Below, piece by piece: positions 19,677 to 29,511 of a stretch of DNA of 64,000 nt. A model generated the notes under the pieces. The model did no database searches. It was not told the DNA's origin and was given only the letters and a program-made list of their open reading frames with translations. This DNA comes from an uncultured Chthonomonadaceae bacterium. Lineage in GTDB: Bacteria > Armatimonadota > Chthonomonadetes > Chthonomonadales > Chthonomonadaceae. The stretch is from the NCBI GenBank assembly GCA_963835065.1, contig CAWIEK010000003.1, forward strand, positions 163,449-227,448, read 5' to 3'. Within the stretch, counting starts at the first letter, position 1; each line of letters starts with the position of its first letter. A program made the translations under genes and the position numbers.

Positions 19677-22600
19677 TTACACCAACGGGTTACTTAGTGA
19701 AATCGTCAATGTTTCCCCGGCGTTAAGGATGAGAGTTGATGCAAGGGTGACAATGGCTTTGCCGTCCTGCATGGCGACGGTTGCGGGTATGGTTTTGCTG
19801 CCGCGCGTGGCGGTTACTTTTTGAAATGTTCCTTGTAAGGCGAGCGTGTTCAGCTTCAGGACGCCGTGCCGGAGGGTGATTTCGGCTTTCAGGCTTTTGC
19901 CCTGCCTGCGCTGCGCGAACGTGCCCCAGCCCTGCGCGGAAGTGAAGGCGGCGCGGAAGTTTTCGGGCTGCCAGCGCGGGGCGAAGGCCAGATGCCCTTT
20001 TGGGCCGTGAACTTCAAAGCCACAGGCCGTGATGTAGGAGCCGTAGCTTGCCATGGCGCGGGAATAGTGGTCGCTGCACTCGATTTCGTTGTAGGGGTTG
20101 CGGCGCGAAGCGTGGTAGCGGTCGTGAATGGCGCGGGTAACGGCCAAGCCTTCCTGTACCAATCCTTCCGCGATCATGTGGCTGGCCGCCTGATGCTCGA
20201 ACCCGCTCATGCACTCGTTGAAATAGCCGTACTGCCAGTCCTTCACGTTCCCGAACGCATCCGGCACTTCTTTGGGGTTGGTGGACATAATCAAGCCACC
20301 ATCGCCCGCAACGGCATACGGACGCCCCGCCGGGTTCCTGCGCCGAAACGCGCCGACATCGGGCGCAAAGTTGTATTTGTACAACGCTTTGAGGGCGCTG
20401 ACGGTTTTCGTTTTGTCCAGTACGCGCCCCGTCCCCACCTGCCACGCCCAACTTTGCCCGTGTACCTGATCTATGTGGCACGTATCATACGTGCCCAACG
20501 TCCGTTCGCGCCCCGGCTCCGGCTTTTGGATGAAATACTCGCCGTTGTACAATTGCGCTTCGATAGCTTGCTGCGTTTGGCGGCATTTTTCCGCGCAGAG
20601 GTGGACAAATTCCCCATCGTTCATGTCCGTTGCCATCAGTCTCGCAGGCGCGTAATGCCCCCGCGTACAAGGAACTTATCCACGCGATTTTGCCGAACCA
20701 CGCCGCATCCAGGGTGTTTTCCTGCGCCCCGTCGAGCAGGCCATCCTTGTTGCTGTCGTGGTTCATCAAGAACTGCATGGCTTTTTTGACATTGGGCCAG
20801 ATACGGCGCAAAAACGCATCGTCCGCGCTCATCTGGTGTTCGCGCAACGCGCCCAGAATGCGCCCGCACTGTCCGTCCACAGCCGGCCCGGTTCCCTCGC
20901 CCCGGTAGTTTATCATGCCGGAATTGGTGTCTAAGGCGACGCCGAAGTCTACGCGCTCGCGCATGTCGCGCTCCAGTTCGGGGAAAATCCTGCCGGGAGC
21001 CTGCGCGTAGTGCCAGACGTGGGTACAGGTTCCCTCGCAGCAGCCGATACCCTCCCAACCCCAGAACCGCCCCGTTTGAAACCGGTGCGCCGTACTCGTT
21101 GCCAGAATAGACGTGTTGACGAACGTTCGATCCAAAAACCAGTGCGGCAGGGTCGAGTCGTACCACGTTTCATGCCAGAGTTTCGTGGCTTTGCTCAGAC
21201 GCGGGTACTCTTTGGCGACATAAGCGGCAACGGCGCGGGCATCCGCGAAGCGCTTGCCGTAATGGTTGCCCGAACGCGCGTCGGGAACGGGCAGGCCGCT
21301 GTTCGGAAAGTGCCACGCGACGACATACGTGGCCGTTTGCGATTTACCGGGCGCAAGGTCAACCACATGAGTAATGCCGCCAATCAGCCGCCTGTCCAAC
21401 TCCACGCGCGCAAAGCCGCCGGGAACATGGCTGTCAAAGAGCGTTTCAGGTGTGGTGTTGGCATGGCCGCTGCCGCCGTCCAGCAGGGCTAAGGCCATTG
21501 TGCCCCAGTCGCGCGCCTGTTCCAAAGGAACGTCCCGGCGCGGGTTGTTTGTTTGCGCGATGCTGCCGACGCCGATGTTGCCCCATCCGCCGCGTCCATT
21601 GTCATAGATTTCGATGAACGCCTGTTTGTTGAGAAACTCGCGCACATCCCACACTTCCGCGCGCATCCGATTGTTATCCTGCCCCGCCGCGCGTCGCGCC
21701 GTTTTGCCGTCCACGATCAGGCGCATCCCGACTTCTTCCACATTGCGCCCGCCGCCAATGAAGAACGTCAGGTAATCCCGCTGGATGGTGAAGGATGGAC
21801 TCGTCAATTTGCCTACCTGACTGTCCTTTTCGCCCACGTCATTACCCGGCGCTGACGCATGGGAGTTGACAACATATTTGCCTGTTCCGCCCACATCGCC
21901 CTGATACGCGGGAACCAGAGAGCGCAAGAGTGGCCCCGCTCCGAACGCGGTTCCCTCCACCTTCCACGCTCCCCAATCCGCGCGCTGAAAATCCTCGACG
22001 GAAATATCGAGCGGCATATTCAACCCTGTGGGAATGGGAGTGCGCCACAATTGCGAAAACAAAACCGTCGCCCCGGCTTCGGGGTAAATCCCATTGTAGC
22101 GCTGTCCGTCAGACGGACGCGCCGAGATGTGGGCACAAGCGTTTTCCAGCCAGCCGCCGATTTCCGCCTTGAGGGGCTTGTCGCTCGTGTTGTGCAGCGT
22201 GAATTCGCAAATGGTGGCGGGCAGGGCGGAGTCATCGAAGTGGAGCGGGATGAAGGGGGAGTAGGCTTTGAGCGTGACATGAATGGGGCAGGCCGGGTCG
22301 GAGTACGTGACGGTTCCAATCGGATACTCGCCCACAAACGTAATCTCGTCCCAACCGCTTGCGTCCAGACGGCGTACCTTACCATCCACTTTCACCGCGA
22401 AACCCTGCTCCAGGGGTGAGTGGGGTTCCGCCGGGGACACGTAATTCGCCCCACTCGGCGCGTCAACGGTAATGTCCTTGCCGTAACCATTGAAGGGCAC
22501 ACTGCGCGGTTCGATGCCCGTTTGATTGGCGTTGAAAATATCCCACAGCCATAATTTGCCGTCGCCGCCCAAGTACAGGGTTCCGCAGCAGAGGCCGCCA

Positions 22601-22851
22601 ACCGGCATCCCGATGTGCCGCAATTCACCCCGCTTTTTGGAGTACACCTGCGAACTGCCCCGCGCCGTCAGCGATTGTACCCATTCAGGACGTAGCTTCT
22701 TATCGGGCGGTATCAGCGTCTGGAAGTCGGCGGCATCAAACGGCCCGGCCATTGCGGGCGCATCGGGAAACAGGGCAGCAGTAGCAAGCGTCAGGCCGGA
22801 CAGGGCAATAAAATCCCGGCGCGGCAGCGTAGGCGCAGTTTTTTCAGGCAT
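19677..22851 (-). CDS. Tat-exported GH116-like (non-lysosomal glucosylceramidase) hydrolase, split by a +1 frameshift at about 20640
   Basis: RRDFIAL Tat motif, GMPVGGLCCGT, FWGWEGIGCCEGTCTHVWHY, NECMSGFEH, NPYNEIECSDHYSRAM. Confidence 0.85.
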
Positions 22852-22914
22852 AGTGGTTTCTCGTCGGACAGAGAACGTTGGACAGAAAACGTTGAGCAGG
22901 AAACTGAAGGAGTA

Positions 22915-23835
22915 TCACTCCCACTCGAGGCGCAGAATACGGTGATTGAGGGTATCGGACACGTAGATTTCGCCGCGCGGGCCGAGGGCGACGCCGGCGG
23001 GAGCGCGGAAACTGCCCAATTTTGCCATCGGCGTATCCATCGTGACAAGGGAGTTGCCGTGCATGTCGAAAACGTGCAGGCGGTTCGCGCCGGATTCGGC
23101 AAGGTAAAGCCGGCCTTCGTTGTCTACCGCCACTTGATGCGGCGCGTTTAAGCGGCGGATTTCGCCGAGGGCGTGGCCTTTTTGTCCGAAATAGGTGTAG
23201 CGGGTCACGTCGTTGGTTGTGGCGTCCGTGATGTAAACGTTTTGGGCGCAGTCGCAGGCAATGGCGATGGGGCGTACAATACCCTGAGTGCGATTTAAGC
23301 CGCCGATGTGCTGGCCGCTGTTAATGTTAAAGCGCAGGATTTGCGCGTTGCCCGTGTCCGCGACCCACAAATGCCCTTCCTGATCGAAAACGGCTCCTGA
23401 GGGGCTGCGAAAACCGGGCAAAATCCCCCGGTGCTGCCCGTTGAAATGGAAGCACTGGACGCGATTATTGCCCTGTTCGGCCACAAAAAAGAACTGCCCG
23501 CCCGGATGCACGGCAACCGCCTGCGGCCCCCACAGTTCCCCCGGCGCGCTGCCCGGACGCCCATAGATTTTCACATCCCCGTTGAGCGCGATACGCTGTA
23601 CCCGGTGGTTGTTGCTGTCCACGACGTACAATGCGCCGTCCCGGTCTACCGCCAACCCCGTCGGCGCGGCGAACTGCCCCGCTTCCTTGCCGGGTTCCCC
23701 GATAACCTCGACGGCTTTGAGGCGCTGCGGTTTCCAGCCGGTTGCGCTCCCGCTCGTAATGGGAGGCGCAATCGGTTCCGCGCCCGGTTTGGGCGCGGTA
23801 TTGCCGATTTCCAGAAAATCAAAGCGGTCGCTCAT
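22915..23835 (-). CDS. NHL-repeat beta-propeller protein
   Basis: Repeated F..P.G.AVD..G.LYV.DS.NHRVQ units. Confidence 0.9.
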   Translation of the reverse strand: MSDRFDFLEIGNTAPKPGAEPIAPPITSGSATGWKPQRLKAVEVIGEPGKEAGQFAAPTGLAVDRDGALYVVDSNNHRVQRIALNGDVKIYGRPGSAPGELWGPQAVAVHPGGQFFFVAEQGNNRVQCFHFNGQHRGILPGFRSPSGAVFDQEGHLWVADTGNAQILRFNINSGQHIGGLNRTQGIVRPIAIACDCAQNVYITDATTNDVTRYTYFGQKGHALGEIRRLNAPHQVAVDNEGRLYLAESGANRLHVFDMHGNSLVTMDTPMAKLGSFRAPAGVALGPRGEIYVSDTLNHRILRLEWE

Positions 23836-23888
23836 AAATGGTCTTTCACGAACACGTACAGGGAAGAACCTAATAGAATCCTATCAGG

Positions 23889-26800
23889 CTACGCCGGGGT
23901 TTCGGTTCCGGGTTCCACGGTGGGCGGCGTAACGGCTTCTGCGTTCCCGGCATTTCCCGCCGAGCCGTCGCCATGCTGCGCCCCGTTGGAAGTTGCAGAT
24001 GTTGTGCCGTTGCCGTCCTGCCCAGATGTTTTATTGTCTCCGGCTGTTGATGCGCCGTCGCCGTTTGTGTTTGCATTGCTGCCGTTGTGCGCGCTGAGGA
24101 GCGGGGCAGGCGGCGTGGGATTAGAAACCACAGAAGTGGCTTCCTCGTCGTCATCGTCGTTCAGTCCCAGTTTGGCAAGGGCAAGCTGTTCGGCAATGTC
24201 CTGCATGCTTTCGGCCTGCGCGCTGCTGGCGTCACGGGCGCGGGTCGTTGCCCATTCGCGCAGGTCTTCGATGCGTTCGCGCATGGTCATGGATAAGGGA
24301 ACCGAGTGCGTTGCTGCGGCCACAATGGACTCGGTTGTCAGGGTTTTGTTTTCATCGAAAGCGTCGTACAGCGCTTCCACAACCGCCGCTTCGATTTCCG
24401 CGCCGGAAAAGCCGGGCGTGGCGTCGGCCAGTTTGTCCAAATTAAAATCATCGGGACTGCGCTTGCGTTTGTTCAGATGGATTTTGAAAATCTCCACGCG
24501 CTCGACATGGGAAGGCAGGTCAATAAAGAAGATTTCATCGAAGCGGCCTTTGCGCAGCAGTTCCGGCGGCAGGCTGGTCACGTCGTTGGAAGTCGCCACC
24601 ACGAACGCCGCCGCTTTCTTGTCCTGCATCCACGTCAGAAACGTGCCGAACACCCGACTCGTCGTGCCGCCATCCGAAGAACCGGAGCTTTGCGTACCAC
24701 TAAAGCCCTTTTCTAATTCATCCAACCAAAGTATACAGTTGTGAACTGTGATTGAGTTAGATAAAAAATTGTGTTCATTTACACAAAGTAAATCAAATAC
24801 GTACTCCGGCGTTGGCGCTTGTTCAACGCTCTTGACACGACTCCAGCCAATTGGGCTGTTCACAAGCGCCTCAACCTGCATCAGTTCTGCCGTATCTAGT
24901 TGCCTTGCTTCCGCCCACTCGCGCAACTCCTGCGTAATCTCACGCAATCGTTGCCGATTGGGATGGGCTGTACCATGCTCGTACAAGTGGAACAAACCAG
25001 AACTTGTTGACTGAAACTTCTGCGACCCCATGCCCATAGCCTGCCGAACATGACGCAGTTTGCTGCCAACAGGAATCATGTCGGTGCGGTCTTTGTGTTC
25101 TGTTGTCGGCGTTTTTGCCATCCATTCATCCATGCGTTGACGGCGGCACGGATGCTGCGACCCAACTTGTTCAATGAAGCGCCGCACGTTGCGTATGCCT
25201 GTAACTTCGATGTTTTCCCACCCCGGATTAGTAGTCGGGAACCCAACGCGCTGCAGAACCGAGCGTATAACCAAGTTGTTGGCAGGAACTTTGCAGGTTA
25301 TTATTATTTTCGGATTAGCCGCTGTTTTGCTGTTCGAAACATGCCCGTCGCCATCAATGTAGCCGCGCAACCAAGCGTTCAGGAATGTTGCCGGCATGGT
25401 CAGCAATTGCGCTTTTACATTGTTCAGGATACGGCACAGCAACGCGCTGTAGACGTAGCTGGTGTAGCAGGGCTTGAAAACGCTTTGCTGGCTTGTGCCT
25501 GCTAACTGCGAATTCTTGTTGTCGTAGTCGTTGAGCCGAATTCTTGTTTCCAAACCGAAGATGTTTTTCAGCGAGGCGGAGAACAGACGGTGCAGCGTCA
25601 TGTCGGTATTGACAAAGCCCACTGCGCCGCGCTTGCCCAAGAAGCCGTCACTGCAAATCAGGCCGAGCAGGTAGCCAATGTCTTCGTTGAGTTCTCCCGG
25701 CAGTTGGGTTAGGACGCTGCTGTTCGTGTTGCCTTTACTCTGCGCAAACTCCGTTATGTGATGGAAGCAGGGATACTCCTGCGGGTCGGCCAGTTCGTTG
25801 ACAGCCACATAATCGTAGGCAAGGCTTCGTAGAGCGGCGAGACGGCGGCTTTGCTGCACGGACGGCAGCGCAAAGAACACTGCGCCGGGCGCGTACAGGC
25901 GCGTGTCTTCCGGCAGGAAGTCTATCATGGGCGGCATGTCGGGGCGAGTCGGAATCGTCTGCGGAATGGCGACGTAATCCGTATCGCGCAGGGCGTCCGC
26001 GCGTACCCATTCCAGTTCGCCGTCGCGCAGGACGGGAAACTCATGGTTGCTGGTGGCCTGTACGCGGCTGTGCTGCAATTCTACGGTGTACAGGTCGGGC
26101 GCTTCGCGGCGGGTGATGGCTTTGACCGGGTTGGGCACAATCTGCCAGTCGTCCGTCATGGACAGCACTTCCAGATGCGTTTCCTGACCGTTGTACAGCG
26201 ACTCAATCGTCCGTTCGGAACCATCGGCAAGCGTAATCAGGGTATCGCCGGCGACGCAGGGCGCAACCGACTCCGCCGTGCGAATCGCTTTGCGCATGTT
26301 TTCTTCGGATTGACCAACAATACCGCCGAATATACGCCCAATATCTAAGCGCAAAAGCGGTAATCGCCATAAAGAACCGATTGCTTTTGCACTCAAGCTC
26401 TTGCCGCATCCTTGGACCCCTAGCAAAAGGACGCCGCGCGGGGCGGGCAGGCCGAAATCGCGGGCTTTTTCGGTGAACGCGACGGTGCGCTTTTCCATCC
26501 AGTCCTTGAGCAAGTCCAGACCGCCGACGTCGCCGATTTTCTCGTTGAACGGATAGTATTCCAGAATGCCCGACTTGCGGATGATCTGCTCTTTTTCGCT
26601 TAAAATCACGTCTACGTCAAACTTGTGCTTTTCAATCAGCGATTTGGCGAACACGTTTTCCGCTTCGTTGGCGGTCAAGCCCTGCGCCGCTTTGAGAACT
26701 TGATCCCGCTCCAGTTCCGCGAGGTTAGCGTCAATCTGCGGATTTTCCTTGACCGCCTGCACGACGCGCTCCAAAATCACGTCCAGATCGTCGTGGTCGG

Positions 26801-27224
26801 GCAGGCCGTAATCCACAACCGCGATGTCTTTTTCTAGTTCACTGGGCAGTTTCAGCACGGGCGCGAGAATGACGAGGGTTTTGTAACTTGTTTTCAGGGC
26901 GGCGGTCAGGTCGCGCAATCGCCGGATTACGGTCACGTCGCTCATGAAGGCGTGGTAATCCTTCAGCACGAAAAGCGCCTGTTCGCGGGAGTCGATCACG
27001 GCGTCCAGCGCGGCCATCGGGTCGCGGGTGGCGTTGTCGCGGTGGGCGGGGTTTTGCACCATGCCCTGCGTGACCGTCCAGAAGAAAATCTTTTTGCCGC
27101 GTTCGCGGGCGATTTCGCGCAGGGCGTCTTCTACGCGCTGCTCTTCCCACGAGACGATATAAATAATCGGGTAACGCGCCCGAATGAGGGTTTCCAGTTC
27201 TTTGTCAACCGAGGATGATGCCAA
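23889..27224 (-). CDS. Ycf46-like AAA+ ATPase containing an intein (about 604 aa after splicing)
   Basis: LIRARYPIIYIVSWEE, EKEQIIRKSGILE, GVQGCGKS Walker A, ILWLDELEK Walker B, LPPELLRKGRFDEIFF; GGAGG before TTG. Confidence 0.92.
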   Translation of the reverse strand: MASSSVDKELETLIRARYPIIYIVSWEEQRVEDALREIARERGKKIFFWTVTQGMVQNPAHRDNATRDPMAALDAVIDSREQALFVLKDYHAFMSDVTVIRRLRDLTAALKTSYKTLVILAPVLKLPSELEKDIAVVDYGLPDHDDLDVILERVVQAVKENPQIDANLAELERDQVLKAAQGLTANEAENVFAKSLIEKHKFDVDVILSEKEQIIRKSGILEYYPFNEKIGDVGGLDLLKDWMEKRTVAFTEKARDFGLPAPRGVLLLGVQGCGKSLSAKAIGSLWRLPLLRLDIGRIFGGIVGQSEENMRKAIRTAESVAPCVAGDTLITLADGSERTIESLYNGQETHLEVLSMTDDWQIVPNPVKAITRREAPDLYTVELQHSRVQATSNHEFPVLRDGELEWVRADALRDTDYVAIPQTIPTRPDMPPMIDFLPEDTRLYAPGAVFFALPSVQQSRRLAALRSLAYDYVAVNELADPQEYPCFHHITEFAQSKGNTNSSVLTQLPGELNEDIGYLLGLICSDGFLGKRGAVGFVNTDMTLHRLFSASLKNIFGLETRIRLNDYDNKNSQLAGTSQQSVFKPCYTSYVYSALLCRILNNVKAQLLTMPATFLNAWLRGYIDGDGHVSNSKTAANPKIIITCKVPANNLVIRSVLQRVGFPTTNPGWENIEVTGIRNVRRFIEQVGSQHPCRRQRMDEWMAKTPTTEHKDRTDMIPVGSKLRHVRQAMGMGSQKFQSTSSGLFHLYEHGTAHPNRQRLREITQELREWAEARQLDTAELMQVEALVNSPIGWSRVKSVEQAPTPEYVFDLLCVNEHNFLSNSITVHNCILWLDELEKGFSGTQSSGSSDGGTTSRVFGTFLTWMQDKKAAAFVVATSNDVTSLPPELLRKGRFDEIFFIDLPSHVERVEIFKIHLNKRKRSPDDFNLDKLADATPGFSGAEIEAAVVEALYDAFDENKTLTTESIVAAATHSVPLSMTMRERIEDLREWATTRARDASSAQAESMQDIAEQLALAKLGLNDDDDEEATSVVSNPTPPAPLLSAHNGSNANTNGDGASTAGDNKTSGQDGNGTTSATSNGAQHGDGSAGNAGNAEAVTPPTVEPGTETPA
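24738..26258 (-). mobile_element. 507-aa intein with LAGLIDADG homing endonuclease and an HTH
   Basis: N-terminal CVAGDTLITLADG, block B ATSNHEF, GYLLGLICSDG and AWLRGYIDGDG, C-terminal VFDLLCVNEHNFLSNSITVHN then Cys+1. Confidence 0.93.
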
Positions 27225-27388
27225 CGCGAAATTCCTCCACCCCGCAGCGAACCGCCAAAACGGATACGAAACCGAAGTTCAGCCGATGCCAACGGATAAG
27301 CGCACATACAGTGAAAACTAAGATGGAACCAAATTCCAGCCGAAAAGGGAGCGCCACAGCAGCAACAGCGAAATTGGCAGATATATGT

Positions 27389-27418
27389 ATTATACAGGGA
27401 ATAGCGGCACATCGTCAA
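27389..27418 (-). promoter_or_regulatory. sigma70-like promoter for the AAA ATPase operon
   Basis: TTGACG-18 nt-TATAAT on the minus strand. Confidence 0.6.
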
Positions 27419-27571
27419 CGAACTGTGAAGGGATTCACAAAACAGTAGGGGGGCAGTGCGCAATCATGGCATTTTGGGCTAGCGCGCTGCCTTTATTAAG
27501 GCAAGCGCGCTGTTAAAAAACGGAAACTATAATTGAGGGGATGGTTGATAGTTGATACAGGCTTTTCGCAA

Positions 27572-27609
27572 AGAAATGCCTGCTGGAAGAAACTCTTTCC
27601 AGCAGGCGT
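27572..27609 (-). terminator. Probable intrinsic terminator
   Basis: GCCTGCTGGAA..TTCCAGCAGGC hairpin followed by ATTTCTTT on the minus strand. Confidence 0.6.
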
Positions 27610-27644
27610 TCGCGGCGCATTTCCGTATGGAGGCGTTCACGCCT

Positions 27645-27965
27645 TTACTCTGTGGAGGGGGGCGTTCCGTTCAGAAAAGTCATGGGAAAGAGCGCCGATT
27701 TGCCGTTGAGTAAGACGCCTCCCGTCAGAGTCTGGCCTTGTGCCGGGAGATATTTTTGAATACCGTTGAGCGAGGCCCATGTCGAAATGTATATCGGTAG
27801 GTAGCGGCTCTCATAGGGCGCGAGGCTGAAGGGCCAGGAATACGTGAAGACCTGGAGATTTAATCCCTGGACATGAAATGACCCGGTGAACTGTAGGCCG
27901 CTGACAGTGGAACCGCTCGTGTTGCGCGCCTGAACCTGTATCATCGTGCCAAAGGACTGGCCCAC
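27645..27965 (-). CDS. Hypothetical beta-rich protein or gene remnant
   Basis: Open frame extends to 28049; no clear RBS; terminator downstream. Confidence 0.4.
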   Translation of the reverse strand: MGQSFGTMIQVQARNTSGSTVSGLQFTGSFHVQGLNLQVFTYSWPFSLAPYESRYLPIYISTWASLNGIQKYLPAQGQTLTGGVLLNGKSALFPMTFLNGTPPSTE

Positions 27966-28049
27966 CAGGAAGAAAGGTCCCTGAGGGCTATGCTGCGGGT
28001 CCAGCCAACTGCCGACGGTGATGCACGCTGGAGCCGGCCCCGATTTACG

Positions 28050-28448
28050 CTACTTTTGCGGGGCGCTTGTCCACGCGCCTGCCTTGTCCTTGCGGAACGC
28101 GGCCCAGCCGGGTTTGAGGTCGGTGAGGATGCTGTGCAGGGTGTCGTCGCGCTTGACCATTTCTTCCAGACTGGCGGTTGTCAAATCCGAAACGCCGGGA
28201 ACCTGGGCGTCGAGGAATTGCCAGCCGTTGTCTTTGGCGTCATGGAAGATAAACAGGATCGGCTTGCCGCCCAAAACGTTCTTGGTGGTGACAACCGGCA
28301 GCGTCCGCGCTTCCTTGTACGGCCAATCCGCCGCCGCTGTCGGCACCACTGCGGGCGCAGGGTCGGGCTTGTGCAGCAGCCGAGGGATAATGAAAAAGGA
28401 CAGGATGCTGTACCCGATAAACAAGTAGAGAAGGTTTTTATTTTTCAT
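28050..28448 (-). CDS. Membrane-anchored hypothetical protein with a DUF2185/Imm33-like domain
   Basis: N-terminal TM helix; FHDAKDNGWQFL..SLEEMVKRDDTL..DLKPGWAAFR. Confidence 0.6.
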   Translation of the reverse strand: MKNKNLLYLFIGYSILSFFIIPRLLHKPDPAPAVVPTAAADWPYKEARTLPVVTTKNVLGGKPILFIFHDAKDNGWQFLDAQVPGVSDLTTASLEEMVKRDDTLHSILTDLKPGWAAFRKDKAGAWTSAPQK

Positions 28449-28547
28449 GGTATCCTTATTTTACCATACAAGTCCAGAAAGCCACTGCGTTTATACAGGG
28501 TGGAGGAATGGACTTTCTGCGAATACATCCGGCAGTCAAAGTGAAAT

Positions 28548-29333
28548 ATGACCGTATCCTCTCCGCAGCCAAACCACATCAGCCACATCAACCTTGCCCA
28601 ACATCAGGATGCGCTTCAGTGGCGTTCGCGGCTCCACATAGCGCATGGCGTCGGCTGGCTGGCGGATTATGAGATATACGCGACGATGCAGGCGGCTTTG
28701 CGCGAGTTGTTTGCCGCGCAGGAATTTCCTGACGAGGTGACGGAAGCCGAATTGCGTTACGAGCGGGATGAATTGGGCAAGCCGTATGTGACGTGGCGCG
28801 GGGCCGTGGGGGCGTGGGCGGAAGCGCGGGGAGTGGAGGCGCGGCATCTGCACGTTTCCAACACGCATGACGGCGGGGCGCATATCGTCCTTGCCGCGTA
28901 CCATGCCGATCTGATAGGCGTGGGCATAGACGCCGTGTACCTGCCCCGCTTGACGCAGCCGGGCAAGGATGGGGCGTATCTGCATCGTTTCGCCGCCCGG
29001 TTTATGTCGGAAACGGAACGGGCGGCGTTTGAACAGGCAAGCGCAGGCGAAGATTTGGAAGCCTTGCGCCTGCGCGTCGCCGCCCACTTTTCGCTGATGG
29101 AAGCCGGGTCCAAAGCGCTGGGAACCGGCCTGAAAATCGGCGTCGGCATGGGCCGCGAAACCTCCCTGCCCAAGCAAAGCATCGGCGTACAAACAGTGGA
29201 ACCGAATGTGCAAATGCTGTTCGACGCGGAAGCGCAGGCGCGTATGAATCATTTGGGCGCAAGGCGCGCGGAAGCCCATTGGAGCGCGGACGATACATTT
29301 CTTATCAGCGTCGTGTTTTTGTGGAGGTGGTAG
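28548..29333 (+). CDS. 4'-phosphopantetheinyl transferase
   Basis: RDELGKPYV..HVSNTHD, GVGIDAV, FSLMEAGSKALGTG. Confidence 0.8.
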   Translation: MTVSSPQPNHISHINLAQHQDALQWRSRLHIAHGVGWLADYEIYATMQAALRELFAAQEFPDEVTEAELRYERDELGKPYVTWRGAVGAWAEARGVEARHLHVSNTHDGGAHIVLAAYHADLIGVGIDAVYLPRLTQPGKDGAYLHRFAARFMSETERAAFEQASAGEDLEALRLRVAAHFSLMEAGSKALGTGLKIGVGMGRETSLPKQSIGVQTVEPNVQMLFDAEAQARMNHLGARRAEAHWSADDTFLISVVFLWRW

Positions 29334-29370
29334 ACGGCAGATAACCCAACTTGTGTCGGCAGCCGTCATG

Positions 29371-29406
29371 CTTAATCATCGAAATCATGAAAAATCATGG
29401 TTCAAA
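29371..29406. repeat. Solo arm, (AATCATGAA)-type, ending GGTTCAAA
   Basis: cttaatcatcgaaatcatgaaaaatcatggttcaaa; same TTTGAACC terminus as the GxxExxY arms. Confidence 0.55.
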
Positions 29407-29511
29407 CGATCTTTGTGCCCCGTTTCACAAACTTGAACCCGTAACGCCGCTTTGTTCGTATTGGAATTTGGTTTCACCATCAAATGACAAATTAACAGGA
29501 GCCGAAACGCC

